64,000 bases of DNA from Yuukianura sp. NJ FZ-2021 (taxonomy: Eukaryota), in NCBI GenBank assembly GCA_046563655.1, contig CM102284.1, forward strand, positions 2,232,001-2,296,000. The letters are read 5' to 3'. Made by a program: the position numbers and the translations under genes. A model generated the notes under the pieces. It was not told the DNA's origin, did not search any database, and saw only the letters and a list, made by a program, of their open reading frames with translations. The first letter of the stretch is position 1. Every line of letters starts with the position of its first letter. Below, in pieces: positions 11,993-25,578 of the stretch.

Positions 11993-12394
11993 TGTACAAC
12001 TTTCGTCGAAAGATACAGAAATGTAATTAAAATAAATTCAATAAATAAATTTAACTGTTCAAATCAACATTGACTATCGGTAGCAACCTAACCTGAAAAA
12101 AACATTGGAACTTTTCCACTGAGCGATTATCGAAAAGCGAAACGTTTTTGCAAAAATCTAAAATTAATCACGTTTCAAAAAGCTGAAAAGCGACCTACAC
12201 TACGATGAAAGTTTTGCATCCCTGCTTTAGCAAAAAAGTTTGCAACTTTTTACATGATTTTCTTTTTCGATTGTTCAAACAATTTCCAATTCAGGTTAGA
12301 TTTTTTTGCAAAAACGTTTTGTTTTTCTCTGATAGGTCACTTCAGTAGAAACACTCCTGTGTTTTTTTTTCAGGTTAGTTTGCTATGGATAGTA

Positions 12395-12650
12395 CAGCGT
12401 GTCAAACTAAAAACTGAACATCTTCAACGTAAACAACTTTTTTATTTTTGAAACCATGAGGGGATTTCTAAGCTAATTTTGTAAAAGTTTCGATTGTTGC
12501 CAAAAATTAATTTTTTTTGGAGAGTTAATTGACATTAGCAAAAAATTAATTACAAGACAAGTTTGCAAATATCCCTCCAAATTTTGTAAATTTTGAAGTG
12601 GTTGTCACGGGAATTATTTTGGGGTGGTCAGTTTTTAATTTGACACGCTT
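12395..12650. mobile_element. 256-bp mariner-like MITE
   Basis: Left TIR CAGCGTGTCAAACTAAAAACTGAACA vs reverse complement of the right end AAGCGTGTCAAATTAAAAACTGACCA (23/26). TA flanks both sides (12393-94, 12651-52). Confidence 0.75.
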
Positions 12651-12710
12651 TATGTTTAGAAGTTTTTATTTTGCTGTTTAAAATTCTTGACAACATAAAC
12701 CAGAATGCTT

Positions 12711-13566
12711 TCAATTGTCCTTCTTCTTCTTCTTCTTGTCCTTCTTGTCCATGCAGTACTAAAACAGAAGAGGTACAATGGAGTAGCACAGCCATAATTA
12801 CGATTTTATAGATTAATATATAACAAATTATTATACCATATTATTTAATAATTCCAATTATAATGGCTACTGATGTTGTGTCTTACTTTCATGAACGCTT
12901 CGCCTTGGCATTTGCCATAGCTACTGTATGCGTCATCATTTGCAAATTTTCCGTCCTTGACACCCTCGGCGCATTTCTTCATAGCTGTTTTGTAGTCTGC
13001 TTTGACATCGTCCGGGTAGTGGCTGTCTACGTACTTCTCAACGACGTCTGTCTTCAGCACTCCGTCCACGTCAACGCCAGTTGCCTTGTAAGTACACTTG
13101 TAAAACTCCTACGCAGTTCCAAAACATATTAAGTACATATTATATTATATTTATATATAAAAATACGTCTAGAATTTGAACATACCGTGTCAAGAAACTT
13201 GAACATCATGCCCATCCCAAATCCACCACCACCATGTTTCTTGCCCTTCTCAGCCTCGCGTTTCTCCTTCTTGTTCTTCATCATCTTACCCATCTTGTCC
13301 TTCATCTTCTCCTTCAGTCTGCCTTGCAGTGCCTTACCACATTCCTTGACGGCTGTCGTCGTCTTCTCGTCGTCATACGTCAACTCTTTCCCTTTACATT
13401 TCATCTTGAACTCCCTCTTTTTCTTGTCGTCACATCCCGCCTTAGTGAAAGGTCAATTTATACGACAAATATCAACTTTTCGATATTAAAAGGTCAAAGG
13501 TCAACTTACCACAATGGCGAGTAGAGTAAAAGCGACTGCGCAGAGCAGTAGAACCTTGGAAGTCAT
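12711..13566 (-). CDS. Small secreted Lys-rich protein, odorant-binding-protein-like Cys pattern (4 exons)
   Basis: Signal peptide MTSKVLLLCAVAFTLLAIVA; 7 Cys in the mature chain; KCTYKATG.D.DG and a terminal C-x8-C; GT-AG introns join in frame. Confidence 0.6.
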
Positions 13567-14670
13567 CCTGGACACTGATTTCTGTAAATGTGGGACGGAA
13601 ATGTGAAGCGATTGAAGTTTTTAAGCATTGGGAGGCGGATATTTAGCGAAAATCAAAGCGGAAGTTGGTTGGACTGGAACAATTACTAATTGGATATGAT
13701 CAGATCATTTGTGCAATGGAGGGAGTAACTATTTCAGACACAAAGATCAGTTGACGTAATGCTCCAATTGACCAGGTCCAAGTGAGGTCAATTAGTCCAT
13801 TGACGCCTCAAGTTGACAAAGAATCATTTCAAAGTTTCTCTTTTTCAAATGCGAAACTAAATTAGGGAGAAGCATCACAATTTGCGACTAGCAAACAAAA
13901 TTTAAACTTTCACAAAGTGATATCGTTCCAAAATTCATGGAGAATTCGGATCAACATTTGCATATGTTTCATTCAAAATATAATTTCAATTTGGAACTTT
14001 TGAAATATTTAACCTTAATCCTGAGACTTTTCCTGATTTTGAATTCATGTTTACGTTGATTAAAAACGTTTTAGTGCCAAATTGCTCCAAATCACGCAAA
14101 CTCTTGACTAAATATGGTTGTTTCTACTTTGTTAAAGTGTTTCATCTACGTTTGTATGTGATGTAAGTTGTGAACTGAAAGTAGACACACATGAATTAAC
14201 TACGTTTTCATTTCAACTGCTTTTCCATTCTGATCATTAGAATCAGCGATAGAATATCGAGTAGAGAAAGGTAGAAACAATTTACGAAAATTGAACAAGT
14301 TGTTATTTCAGTCCAGTCCGACGTTGTTTAACTCGAAATTTTGTTTATTTTTGCTTATGTGTTTTAGTGCGGCATTTTAGTACAAATAGCCGCTCATAGC
14401 AAAGTTGGTCTAGTCGGTTGAACCAAATTCGTTCTAAACGTGTTCAAAAACGAAACATTTTCAAAATTTTTTGCTGAGTTCAGCATTTCTATTAGTTTAG
14501 TCTAATTAAGTGGAGCTCCTTACTTAACAACAGAGTAAAATTAGCACGTAGTTAGTTTTAAAAAAAAAAAAAAAACAGAACTTATCAAAATACAAAGTGA
14601 TTTTGAGCTTGACTCTAAGTTTACTACCAAATTCGAGAGAAAAAGTTCAAGAAAATTTTGAAAAAAAATT

Positions 14671-16034
14671 ATGATTTCAAAAACGAGTTTAAAGTACTTT
14701 TCGTACAGTTACAACTTGTTCTCTTTTCTGCTGTCGTTTCCAATAAAAATGGTCCGTACAGGCGACACTTACCGAATGGAGTGTCACCCAGAAAGTAGTT
14801 GGCTACGCAGGTTGTACCGCGTTGGCTCTGCAATTGCACTCGTCGCAATTATCTTAATTTGGGCTGTCTACGCTTGCGCACTACTTTTCGACTCCAAGCT
14901 CAAACCAATTGAAGTACTTCTGATGTACGGAGTACTTGCACTATACCAGTACTACGGAACGTTCAAGGTCATTCAGCTCTGGATAGGTCAAACCGTACCA
15001 GAACTACTCAATTCGTACCTCAAAATGAACGATTGGTGCGGTATGTTTAGTAGTGAAAAACTTGAAAAAAGTAGAAAATAATAGTGAGAAAAAAATTCAA
15101 AATTTTTCTTTGGTTTTTTGAGCAGCTGAAAATATCGGTCACCAGCGAAGAGTTTTGAAGTCGGATGGCTTGGAATTGTTTTTTAAAATAATATTTTTAT
15201 CTGTTCTGGAAGCTATCGCTGGCGGTTGGACTCTCATTTCTGTTTTACATTTTAACAAAAGCGCAATAGGACGTGTTCATAACACAATCGCTGGAGAATT
15301 TGTGAACTACGTTGGAGTACAATCGAATTCGACCTTGCTTTGTATCAAAGTCTTTTTGAATGCACTCGAATGCTATACAGCAGCACATACCGGTGGATCT
15401 ACACTCTACTTTCCAGTGGCTTTCATCATTATCCAAAATTCATCCACAATTTGGCTCCGCCAAATCAGGTTCTAAATATTTTGTTCAAAATTAGCCGATT
15501 TTTTAAAAACTGTTTAATTTGAAAATGGTTTTTGTGACTTTTCTGTTTTTCAGTAACCTCGCTTCAAGCGAAACGTTAACGCCTGATCAGAGACGTGCAG
15601 TAGAGCGCGGGTTTTATTTGTTTTACGTTTTTGAAAAACACTTAGTACATGGTCTCCGCCTGGCTTTTGGCGCCCTTTACTTTCAGCTAGTGTTTAACAT
15701 TATCATGCTCACCTACCTCATCCTGACGTTCTCCTACTCGGACGACGCCATCATTGTCTTAGGCTCACTCTGCTCAGTCGCAGTCATGTACTCGGGCATT
15801 CTAGGAGTCATTCTCTACTTTGTCATTACTTACAGACTCGCTTCAATTCAAATTCTGAAACATATGCGCAATCGCTCTCCTACCTATGGAGGCTATGACT
15901 CTGCGTACTGGCGGTCATTCAAACCACTGGAATTCTGGTTTGGGAACTTCGTAGTAGAGAAGATGGAGTATCTCCTAGTGGTCATAGACATCATCGTTCA
16001 GAGCATCATCAGTCTGCTACTAACCGACGGATAG
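14671..16034 (+). CDS. Multi-pass gustatory/odorant-receptor-like 7TM chemoreceptor (3 exons)
   Basis: Three hydrophobic ORFs joined by short GT-AG introns, ~400 aa. C-terminus KPLEFWFGNF..YLLVVIDIIVQSIISLLL is typical of the hexapod GR/OR TM7 region. Confidence 0.6.
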
Positions 16035-17100
16035 ACAAACTACAACGGAATGTTTTCAAAAAGTTAATTTATTTAATTGGAATTAAACAAATTATGAATA
16101 AAACAATAAATTATTTATTTCAGTGAGAACCTCAAAATAAATTATTGAATAAAAATCAAGTGGTCAAACGATTTGTAATGAAAGTAGGATTGGGCTATTC
16201 GCTTATAAATTTTGTTTCTTATATTTATTTTAATATGTTTATAATTATTTTATTATTCTTACGTATAATTTAGTTTATTATTTGCTTACAATTTGTTTAT
16301 CTATTGTTTAATTTACCCATAGACAATTGGGTACGTGACAGTATGTGTGAGCATCTGCGGCGGGAGTAGGGACATTCAAATTCCATTTATTTTAAGGCTG
16401 CAAAAAATTATCTGGTTGCAATAAGGTTTCACCCATCATACCAAATGCCTTGTACGTCATTGCTAATCGCTAATCGCTGCAATAGGTGGCAACATCAAAG
16501 TGGCAACTTAAGCAGCCAGTTCAACCTCAACTAATCTAGCATAAACATAAGTCACCGCGCAACGTACATACCCCATTGTAGTAGCCACTGAAAGCGGATG
16601 AGCACAATGCCTGGCTTTAGACCTTACGGCAACTGAATTTCTTGTCGTAATTTGGAAATTTATCAACTGCAGTTAAATCGTTCAAGTTAGTCTAGTGGTT
16701 AATCCAAATCCGTTGATTTATTCTCAATTAATGATTTCATTTGCTCATCCACTAATTAACTAGTAGACTGTCAACATACAACGAGACATAACAGGGCGGG
16801 TGACAAAGGTAATGTTGCCGTCTGGATGCTACTCTGGTAATTTTTCATTTTTTTTTCCAATTTGGGCACATAATTCAGTTTTCCTTTTAGCCTTGCTTAG
16901 GTTTGTTAAGTCGGTGAAAGGTTCAGCAGCTACGGAGTGACATTTAAAAAATAAACGCTGCTAACATGGACGTTTATCTTATCATATTAGGTAGAATGCT
17001 AATGAATGCCATTTTGTAGGTATGCGATCTCGAGGGATGGACACAACATGCTAGATGTTGGATTAGAATGCATAGCGAAGCTGATTCTGATTGACAAGGG

Positions 17101-20100
17101 ATGAACCGACGACGTCACCCGGGGTCATGGGAAGCAGCAGGTCAAGTGGCAAACACTCCGGAAAGGAGTTTACTTCGGATCGGAGTAGTGAAGTGCCTTG
17201 TCCTGGGCTTCCTAATCAGCCTCGGTTCAGTATACATCTTGGATTGTATTCGCTCCCTCACCGCTGATCCACATGAACATCTTGCCAAACTGAATTCGGA
17301 TCTCGACGTATGGCTCAAAGGAAACGATCTCCAGAATCTAGCTCCGCTACTTCAGGAATACGGTAATACATCTACTTCCTTATTGGTTCTTATGTAATAG
17401 TTGAAGCATGAAATGTTTTTCGAAAGTAACTTTCCACTGCTCAGATTCTGCTGCACGGAAAGAAAAACATTCTTCTTCGTCACTACTACGAGTTCCTCAT
17501 TTTGCATTTAAAACATACTACCTAACTGTTCCCATTTACTAATTGAGGAAACCGTTGTAGCCTCACGTTTTGAATTCATTTGATTCGGGAAACTACAATC
17601 GGGATTTTCAGTTAGTAATATGAAATACCCTTGTAATTTTCCAACTAAACGTCATTTCAATTCCTGTTTTCTTCGCAAGTTTCCAGAGGAAACCTGTTTG
17701 TTTGGTGGACTTCCAATTTGACATGACATATATAGACCAAGAAAAATTTGAATTCTTACAAGAAAACGGTTAGATGGCTATGTGCGTTAGTAGGTGTTTA
17801 TGTAACTTTGTATAGCACGTTCAGTTTTGGTTTGGTTTGTGGTTAAACCGCAACTTTCAAATTCCAAAATTTTCAGTGTTTTCCAAAAAAAAAGGGTCAC
17901 TGGACTTTCTCTTGTTATGAAGAATTTTGTGTGATATTTGAGTTTACTAAAAAAAGTTCATCGAATCCAGAAAAGCCCAGTATATTTGCCAATTTCCTTA
18001 TATTTTTTTTCTCATTTTAATTCCAGATGAAAACCGTCGCTCGTCGCATTGAAGTTTTGTGATGCAGTGCAGGGGGTACAAAAAATCGATTTTTTTTGCG
18101 ATTTTTTTCTAAAACGTAGAAAGACGCACACGCAAGAGCAAACGGAGAAAGTTTGATTGATCCATTTTCTGCTCCGAATGTAGAACACGGACAGAAAGAG
18201 AAAAGTAGTTTTCAATTGTGACTGTGAGTTTATGTTCCTAGTGACAGGGTGCAGGTCGCCTGAGGTCACAAGGTCAAGGGCTGGTCCCAACCTCAACAGA
18301 ATCCAAATCCTATTTCTTACGACTCCTTCTTTAGTCTTTTACTTGAATCACTTTGTAATTTGAACTTGATTTCCTCACAAATTGTTATTTTCTTATTTTG
18401 GAAATGACGTTTATCCAGTGAGAAGTGGAACTGAAGATGAGAGTAGGTTGAAGATAAAATTAAATCTTGGTCTGGTCTGCCCTTGGTTATCGTTTGCCTC
18501 TCCAGTAGTCTTCAAAACAAAACTCAGTTCCAACTGTCGTGCACGCTCCAGTCTGCACGTCTCCTCCAAGTGACTCCAGGAGTCAATTAACTCTATACAG
18601 AAAGCAATTACTTTGAAAAAATTCTACACAGACGTAAAGTCAACAGTGTCCATACCATTGACCTTGACGAGGAGAAAGATTAATTGACCTTTTCCTTCCC
18701 GTTGTACTTTGTGTTTTGACATTTTGGATTTGACATAAGCCTTCAACGGTTCGTGCAAAAAGAGTTAATTTTGAAGTGACCTTTGACCTTTTTGAAAAAA
18801 AAATAAGCAGTTAGACCAATGCACCTCAGTGAATGGGTTGCGGAGAACAGTTATGATCGCCGTGAGGCCAAGAGGAGCTCATGGTAAACACTTTATCCAA
18901 ACCAAAACAAACTTTCTTACGTTTTAACGTCGTTTCTTACTTCAAATTTGTTACGTTTTACGACATTCATCAAATTTGTTACGTTTCAGTTTCTATGCTG
19001 GATCATTCCAGATATTGGCTGGAAATAACCAGTTTGTATTTGTTTTCGTAACTTTATGCAAAATATTTTGGAATCTGGACACTTTCCATTCAAAAGTTAA
19101 GATTAAATGTTGAAATGTTGTTGACAGGAATCGTGAGTCTGGTTTCGGTAGTAGAGTTGGATGCAATCGCTCAAGAGGATCAAACTGACTGGTCTCACTC
19201 CAAGGAATCCACGGCGACACTCCGGAGACAGGGCGACGGTGACGTTGACCTTTCAAGTCTCGTCAAGAGAATCCCAGTTCCGGACCGGGAGAGACTCAAA
19301 AGAGCTGCTCTAATCCTCAGACAACGTCTCATTCTCCGCCTCTGGCTTGACGACTACGGCCTTCTCGAACACGCATCCAAGTAAGGCGATATAAAACATT
19401 ATGTTTTTGCATTTCAATTAAAAAAAGTTTAGCAAACAACTTTTTGTACTACTATTTTTTGTGAGTATCCAAACATATAAGGGAAAAAATTCTTAACTCC
19501 TATGGCGGACCGCTGCATACGATTTTCGGACGCGTCGATCGAATTTTAGTTTACAATTGCTAACTGCTAAAAATCGAATGCGTCAGCCTTTTTTTTATGA
19601 CGCATGCAGTGGACGCAAGCCGATCACCACTTTCGATCAATAGAATTGCATCTCTTATGCGAATTCGGATACATCTTCCGAATAGCACACGGTTGCTGGC
19701 ATTGGGATATTGGGAATAAGACTTAATCCACAAGTTAATCTGAAACCTCGAGTTAGGCTGGCTTCGTTCCATAGATTTACTTGGTTGGTTGACCATGGAG
19801 CGAAGGACACAAACTTCACGTAATTGGGTTTAGACAGGCCTAATTAGTCAAGTAATCAGTCAAAGTCAATTCGAATTGAAGAGTGAAAATGCAAGCAAGT
19901 TTCCTTGGTTTTGGTGCTAAAAATTCACACATCTGAAGTTTACTTCCCATATTTTGTTTTTTTTTAGCGAAGGCAGTGAATGTGTTTCAGAGATTTCTAC
20001 GAGAGATTACTATACGTCGTTTCGTATTTTTACTGGAAGATTTTTTTTTGAAAGTGATTTTGAAGTATAAGTTTGCATTTGAGAAGGCACTTACTCGTGT

Positions 20101-23100
20101 GAGTTGTGTTTTGGCAAAGTTAATCTTTTTTGGTTGAAGTGTGGTTGACCTTGGAAGAAGGAGTTTACTATTTAAGAGAGCAAGTTCATGGTATTGTTTT
20201 GTTATGCCGTTCTTCCTACAATTTCTGTTGACTAACTGAATTGTTTTTGTTTTTAGATTGAACAGTATCGGAGTCAACTCCATAGAAGATGCTTATTGGT
20301 TTGACGACGAGAGTCGTCTGGAAGAAGTCATAGGAGAGAAGGTACTGCCGATGTGGACATTGGCCAGAGTGTCACTGCCCACTGGAATCGATCCACTCGA
20401 ACGTCTCAAAACTACGCTCTGGAATAGAATAGTTGCTCTGGATAATCAAACGATTTGGAACAATTGGGGTGAGGCATAGCCTAGTTTAGGTTATTAGGTT
20501 ACTAACCTAACCTACTACGTCATGTTAGTTGGAGGTGACATTAATACTAAAAGTTCCGTTGGAAGTTTCTTCCGCGTTGGAGCAAGATAGCAAGAAGTTT
20601 AAAAGTCTAACTGTTGTTGTAAACACCTCGGAAGAAATTGAGAAGCGGAATGAGCTGGGCTGAGTGGTGAATTAAGCAACTTAAATCTCATTGTGCAAAG
20701 TAGGTTTAGGTCAGGCGTTAACCAATACTTGAGGTTCATCATTACTCGTCATCATCATCTCCCCCACTGAAGTCAGTTGTAAGCGCTGCTATAAATAGAC
20801 GCTGAAACGACGATGAAGGTCGCTGCGTCCCAATTTTGTAACAATTTAACCATTTTTGTTATAACTGTTCACACGCAGCAGATCAATCATCTCGGATTTT
20901 GACTTTTTGAAAAACGTTTTGCTTTCGGTTCGTAAAAAGTGAAAGAACGACGCATTAAAGTTAGAACTATACTAAAAGACGTATAAAAATTGAACTGACA
21001 TGCGCAGTAGCTGGGGCGAATTAAAATGAGATTGGATTCTGAGCCATGAGATGACCACTCATTTTCATAATGACTCTTCCTTGTTGGTTCACTTTTTATG
21101 CACTTTTTCATGGGCTGGTGGATTTGGGGGCAAAATGAGATTCGGTGGTCCACCAATCCATGCGTTTGGACTCTGTTGAGAGTTAGATTGTTAACTGCTG
21201 GATTTGGACATGAATCATGATTGGAACAAGAGATGCGAACTTTTTTTTGTGTTTTGTGTTATGATGAGAGCCTGTGTTTGCAAAGGTTATTCACTCCTCT
21301 GCTTTGTTTTCCTAGTACTATTTCCTCTCCCTGCTGAAGTAGTTACTCCCTCCACTCTCCATCATCCTCCGTTCTCCGAACTTCATTGACACTTCACAAG
21401 TGCTTAGCAAGGCTCCATTTTGTGCATAGCCACTACGTAGTCACAGTGCAAACTTTAAACTTGGAAAAAAGTGCACACAAACGTTGAGTTTGAACTTGAA
21501 TTACTGGATTTTCAATGGACTAGTGTCACTTGCATTCACCTGATGGAGTTCCATGTGAGTTGAATTAGTGGTATGGCGGGAAAATGTTTCTGGAGTGTGG
21601 GTTACGCTTTTTTAATGCGTTGGAACCGTTTTGCGTCGTATAGTTTCCGTGCAAATTGGGACAAAATGACTATTAGACTCCATTGATGTGATTTGAATTA
21701 GAACTTTGAAAAAGAACAATGAGTTTTAGGATTTTAGAATTTGGATACTAGTTTTTAGGTTTATGAAATTTTTTAATGAACAATGTTGTTGTGATTTTCA
21801 GGAACGATGCTGCTGGTAACTTTGAGCGTGAGTGGTTTTGGCGCCATGGTTTCCTATTTCCCGCAAGTGCTAGATGCAAAGAAGGCAATTTTCCAGTATG
21901 TTTCAGGCAAGTTTTCTATTGCTGCCAACTGCCAAGTGGAATTTGACTGGGAAGATCCTATTCCTGTAGGACAAACTCTAACCATCAACGTCAGGGTGAG
22001 ACACGAGACAGTCTTCTTAACCTATGACCTCACTTTACTAGCAAACATAAACTAGTAAATGCGTAGTTTGTGTTTAGTACTTGTGTTTATATCTATACTT
22101 TTTTTCTCGTTCTAGTTTTTCCAACGAGGTGGTCGACCCTACCCCATTTGTGATAAGGACAACATTCTAGTCGAAATCAAAAAAGATTCACAGAAAATCG
22201 GAGTTGTCACGGAGTTCGGCAGCAGCAGCAACACTCCCTCCGATGGCAAGGATAACGAGGACGTCAATCTCCTCAGAATCCGATTTTCTGTACGCAAGGC
22301 AGGAGAGTACTCGATCAATGTATTGGCAGAGAACGAGCATGTCCAAGGAAGCCCATTCCGGAAAACGTTTCTGCCGCAAGGAATTGAGGCGACGAAAACG
22401 ATTTTTATGAAACAAACGTCCACCATTGTTTGTGTCACAGGAGGTTCCCATAAACTTTTGATTGAACCCAGAGACATCTACGGAAACAAATGCAGAGCAA
22501 CGGACTTCCACCTCGACCAATTCACTTTCAGAGCTACAAAGGTATTCAAAGCATTAATTGATTTTAAATTACCCGCCTTTAATGAGTTTCTTCCTCTATA
22601 GTGTAGTGATGATTTTGTATTTTGTTGTGATAAGGTTGGACAGGACGAGATTCCGAGTGAGAAGTGTTGTCTGAGTCAGTTCAGTGTGGAACCTTGTCCC
22701 CTGTCAACTGGTGGCTGTGCCTTGACCTCTACTGTTGTGGTGGCTCCATCAGACAAGAGCCACCAACCGAGTCGTGTGGGTCTCACTGTTCGGTTTCCTG
22801 AAGGTGGAGTGTACCATGGAAAGTTGACGTATGAAAAGGAGCCAATTGCCAACGGGAGCTTTGACATTTTGGCTCTAACTCCATCAGAAGCTGCGGCCGT
22901 CCAGAAAAACGTGGCTCAGAAAAGTCCTAGTGGTTTCTATGAAGGGAGACTGATGTCACTGGGAAGCGATTTCCAACACAAAAGCAAAAAAGTTTACATC
23001 ACGGTTTCCGCCAAGCAACTGGTGCTGAAAGAGTACTTTCTCAAGCTAGTCCCCATTCGTCTCGCCACATTCCGAGTTTCACCAAACACAAAAGTGAGAA

Positions 23101-25098
23101 AGCGATATCGAAACTCGGATGCTGTCGAAATGTCGAATTGGATGCAAGTATTTCTCAAATATTTTTTCTTTTGGTTTTGTTAGATTCATTTCAGTGGCGG
23201 GAGTAATGACAGCGACGTATCTTCTATGCTGACGATTGACGATGGTGCTCAACCCTCAGCACGAATAGTGCTCAAGGACGCCAAAATAGTGGTGGCCACT
23301 TTTACTCATTTCCTATTACGCAACATTGGTAAGATTTCGTTTCTGTTGCGTCTCTATTTTTACTTTTCAAAGGAATTTTATTATCTTTGATTTTCGAGAT
23401 TTTTGTTTAAAAAAGTTCAATTTTTTCTGGTATGTTGATTGTAGGTGGATCAGAAACGTTCCAAGACAAGCAAGAGTACTTTTTCAAGGAACTCAGAGAC
23501 TTTCACCGAAAGCATACGAGAGAGAAAGCGACCTTGAAAGTTACGAGAGACAGCATCGTCGAGAGCGTAATTTTTATTTTAACTGAAAACATAATTAAAG
23601 AAATTATAATTAACATTAATTAACTTTTATCTGTATCAAGGGAGTGAACGTGTTTTTTCCTTTGTTTTAGACATGGAAAGCCACCAAAGGCCTCTCAGCT
23701 CATGATTGGTGTCGGAACTTTGATATTAGTTTCGCCGGAGAACAGGGTTAGCCACTGATTCTAGAAACAGTTTTAAATACTTTAAAGTTTAAGTTGTGAT
23801 TAAAAATAACTTTGGCCAGGTATCGACTGGGGAGGCCTGCGCAGAGAGTGGTTTGAAAAAGTGAGTTCCAAGTTGTTTGAAGCCGGGAATCCTGTGGGTA
23901 TGTTCCACTCTTTTCCGGACTCACATCTCGTCCATCCAAATCCCAATTCCAAGTGGAAGCCCAAACACTATGAAATGGCGGGGAAGATTGTGGGCAAATG
24001 TCTGTACGAGTCATCACTGGGAGCAGCCTATCGCCAATTGGTGAAAGCAAAGTTCACAAGGTCATTTCTAGCACAACTCATTGGACTCAGAGTTAATTAC
24101 AAGGTAAACAGCACACAACACTTCCAGTTAGAAGCCAAATGTTTGTTTCTAACTGAATGCTTTTTTATGAAGTATTTCGAACAAGACGATCCAGAACTTC
24201 ATTTGCGTAAGGTGAAGTTTATTCTGGAGAATGACGTGGATGACATGGACTTGACCTTTGTGGAAGAGGAGTACGAGCTAGGGAAACTTGTAAAGGTAAG
24301 TCAACTTTCGAATTTACTAAATTTGAAGATATTTTGGAGTTTTATGGAAAAAAATATTGTCGTTTTTTGTTAGACTGCTGACTTAATTCCTGACGGTGGT
24401 AAAATTAAGGTCACGAATGAGAACAAGAAGTATTATCTCAATTCCCTCGCACAATATCGCCTTTGTACAAAAGTCAAACCAGAAATAGAAGCCTTCATCA
24501 AGGGCCTCAATCTCATTGTGCCTGACGATCTACTTACAATGTTTGACGAAAATGAACTGGAGGTGAACAATCGACTTGCAATTTTCCCGCTTTTTGCGTC
24601 ATTTTGAAGTGTAAATTTTGGTTTTGTGGAAATAGCTCCTAATCTGTGGCCAGAGCGAGTACAGTGTCACAGATCTGAGAGAACACCATGTCATTTGTGG
24701 ATCCAGTGAAGGATATCGCAAGGTGCTGGATTGGTTCTGGGCCATAGTCGGTATGTCATGTTTTCTCTAATAATCTAGTATAACATTACATTATCTAATA
24801 TAACATTATGCATAAATCTTAATTTACTTAAACTTTTGTACCTATAGGGAACATGACTGAAGAGGAGAAGGGCCGCCTGCTGCAGTTTACGACGGGGAGT
24901 AGCCTTCTACCCAACGGAGGTTTCAAAGAACTTTCGCCTCTGTTCCAAATCATCTTCAGTCCCACTTCAGGCACTCTGCCCACAGCACACACTTGCTTCA
25001 ACCAACTTTGTCTACCTGACTACGACTCCTATGAAGCATTTGAACGGAGTCTGCGCATTGCCATCAACGAAGGCTCAGAGGGATTCGGCCTCATCTAG
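17101..25098 (+). CDS. AREL1: Apoptosis-resistant E3 ubiquitin ligase 1-like (TM, filamin repeat, HECT), ~14 exons
   Basis: IFQYVSG..CQVEFDWEDP, filamin repeat HVQGSPF, KEYFLKLVPIRLATFRV, GGSETFQDK, GIDWGGLRREWF, HECT end LLQFTTGSS..LPTAHTCFNQLCLPDY..EGFGLI. Confidence 0.92.
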
Positions 25099-25578
25099 AA
25101 CCATCTACTTACTACGCATGACAATACACTTTGTCCAACCAATGCAAGCCCACATCCCATCCTAGTTCCACTGCTCACAAACAATCGGAAAAGATTCTTC
25201 CTTACCTTAACATTAACCTTAGTTGACAATAGTTAACTTCAACTCAACAGTATTTTAGTTGATTTCAAGTAGTCCAAAGATCCAATCAAGGTCAACGTAA
25301 CATCTCCCGTAGCTACTGACTTAACTTAATTTGTCACAGAAGTAGCCTTTTAGGTGTGTGACCTCTGTAGACTGACCTACTTGGCAATTCAAGTGGGTAA
25401 GCCTTAGGAATTTTAGAGCGGAACTGTTTTGTGATAATACTATTTTAATGCCTAATTCCCTGTCGACAAATCTCATTATTTTTTATTAGTTACTTAACGT
25501 TGCAAAGCTAATACAATTTTAATTAAACGTCTAAAGTACTTTTGACTCCTTTTTTTTTGAGAAAGTAAAGACCAAAGC

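Noticed and set aside
18910-18990. Short repeats of TTACGTTT/CAAATTTGTTACG in an AREL1 intron
   Set aside because: Few degenerate copies, consistent with local slippage.
19505-19620. Imperfect palindrome in an AREL1 intron
   Set aside because: Arms too degenerate to define TIRs or a conserved RNA structure.
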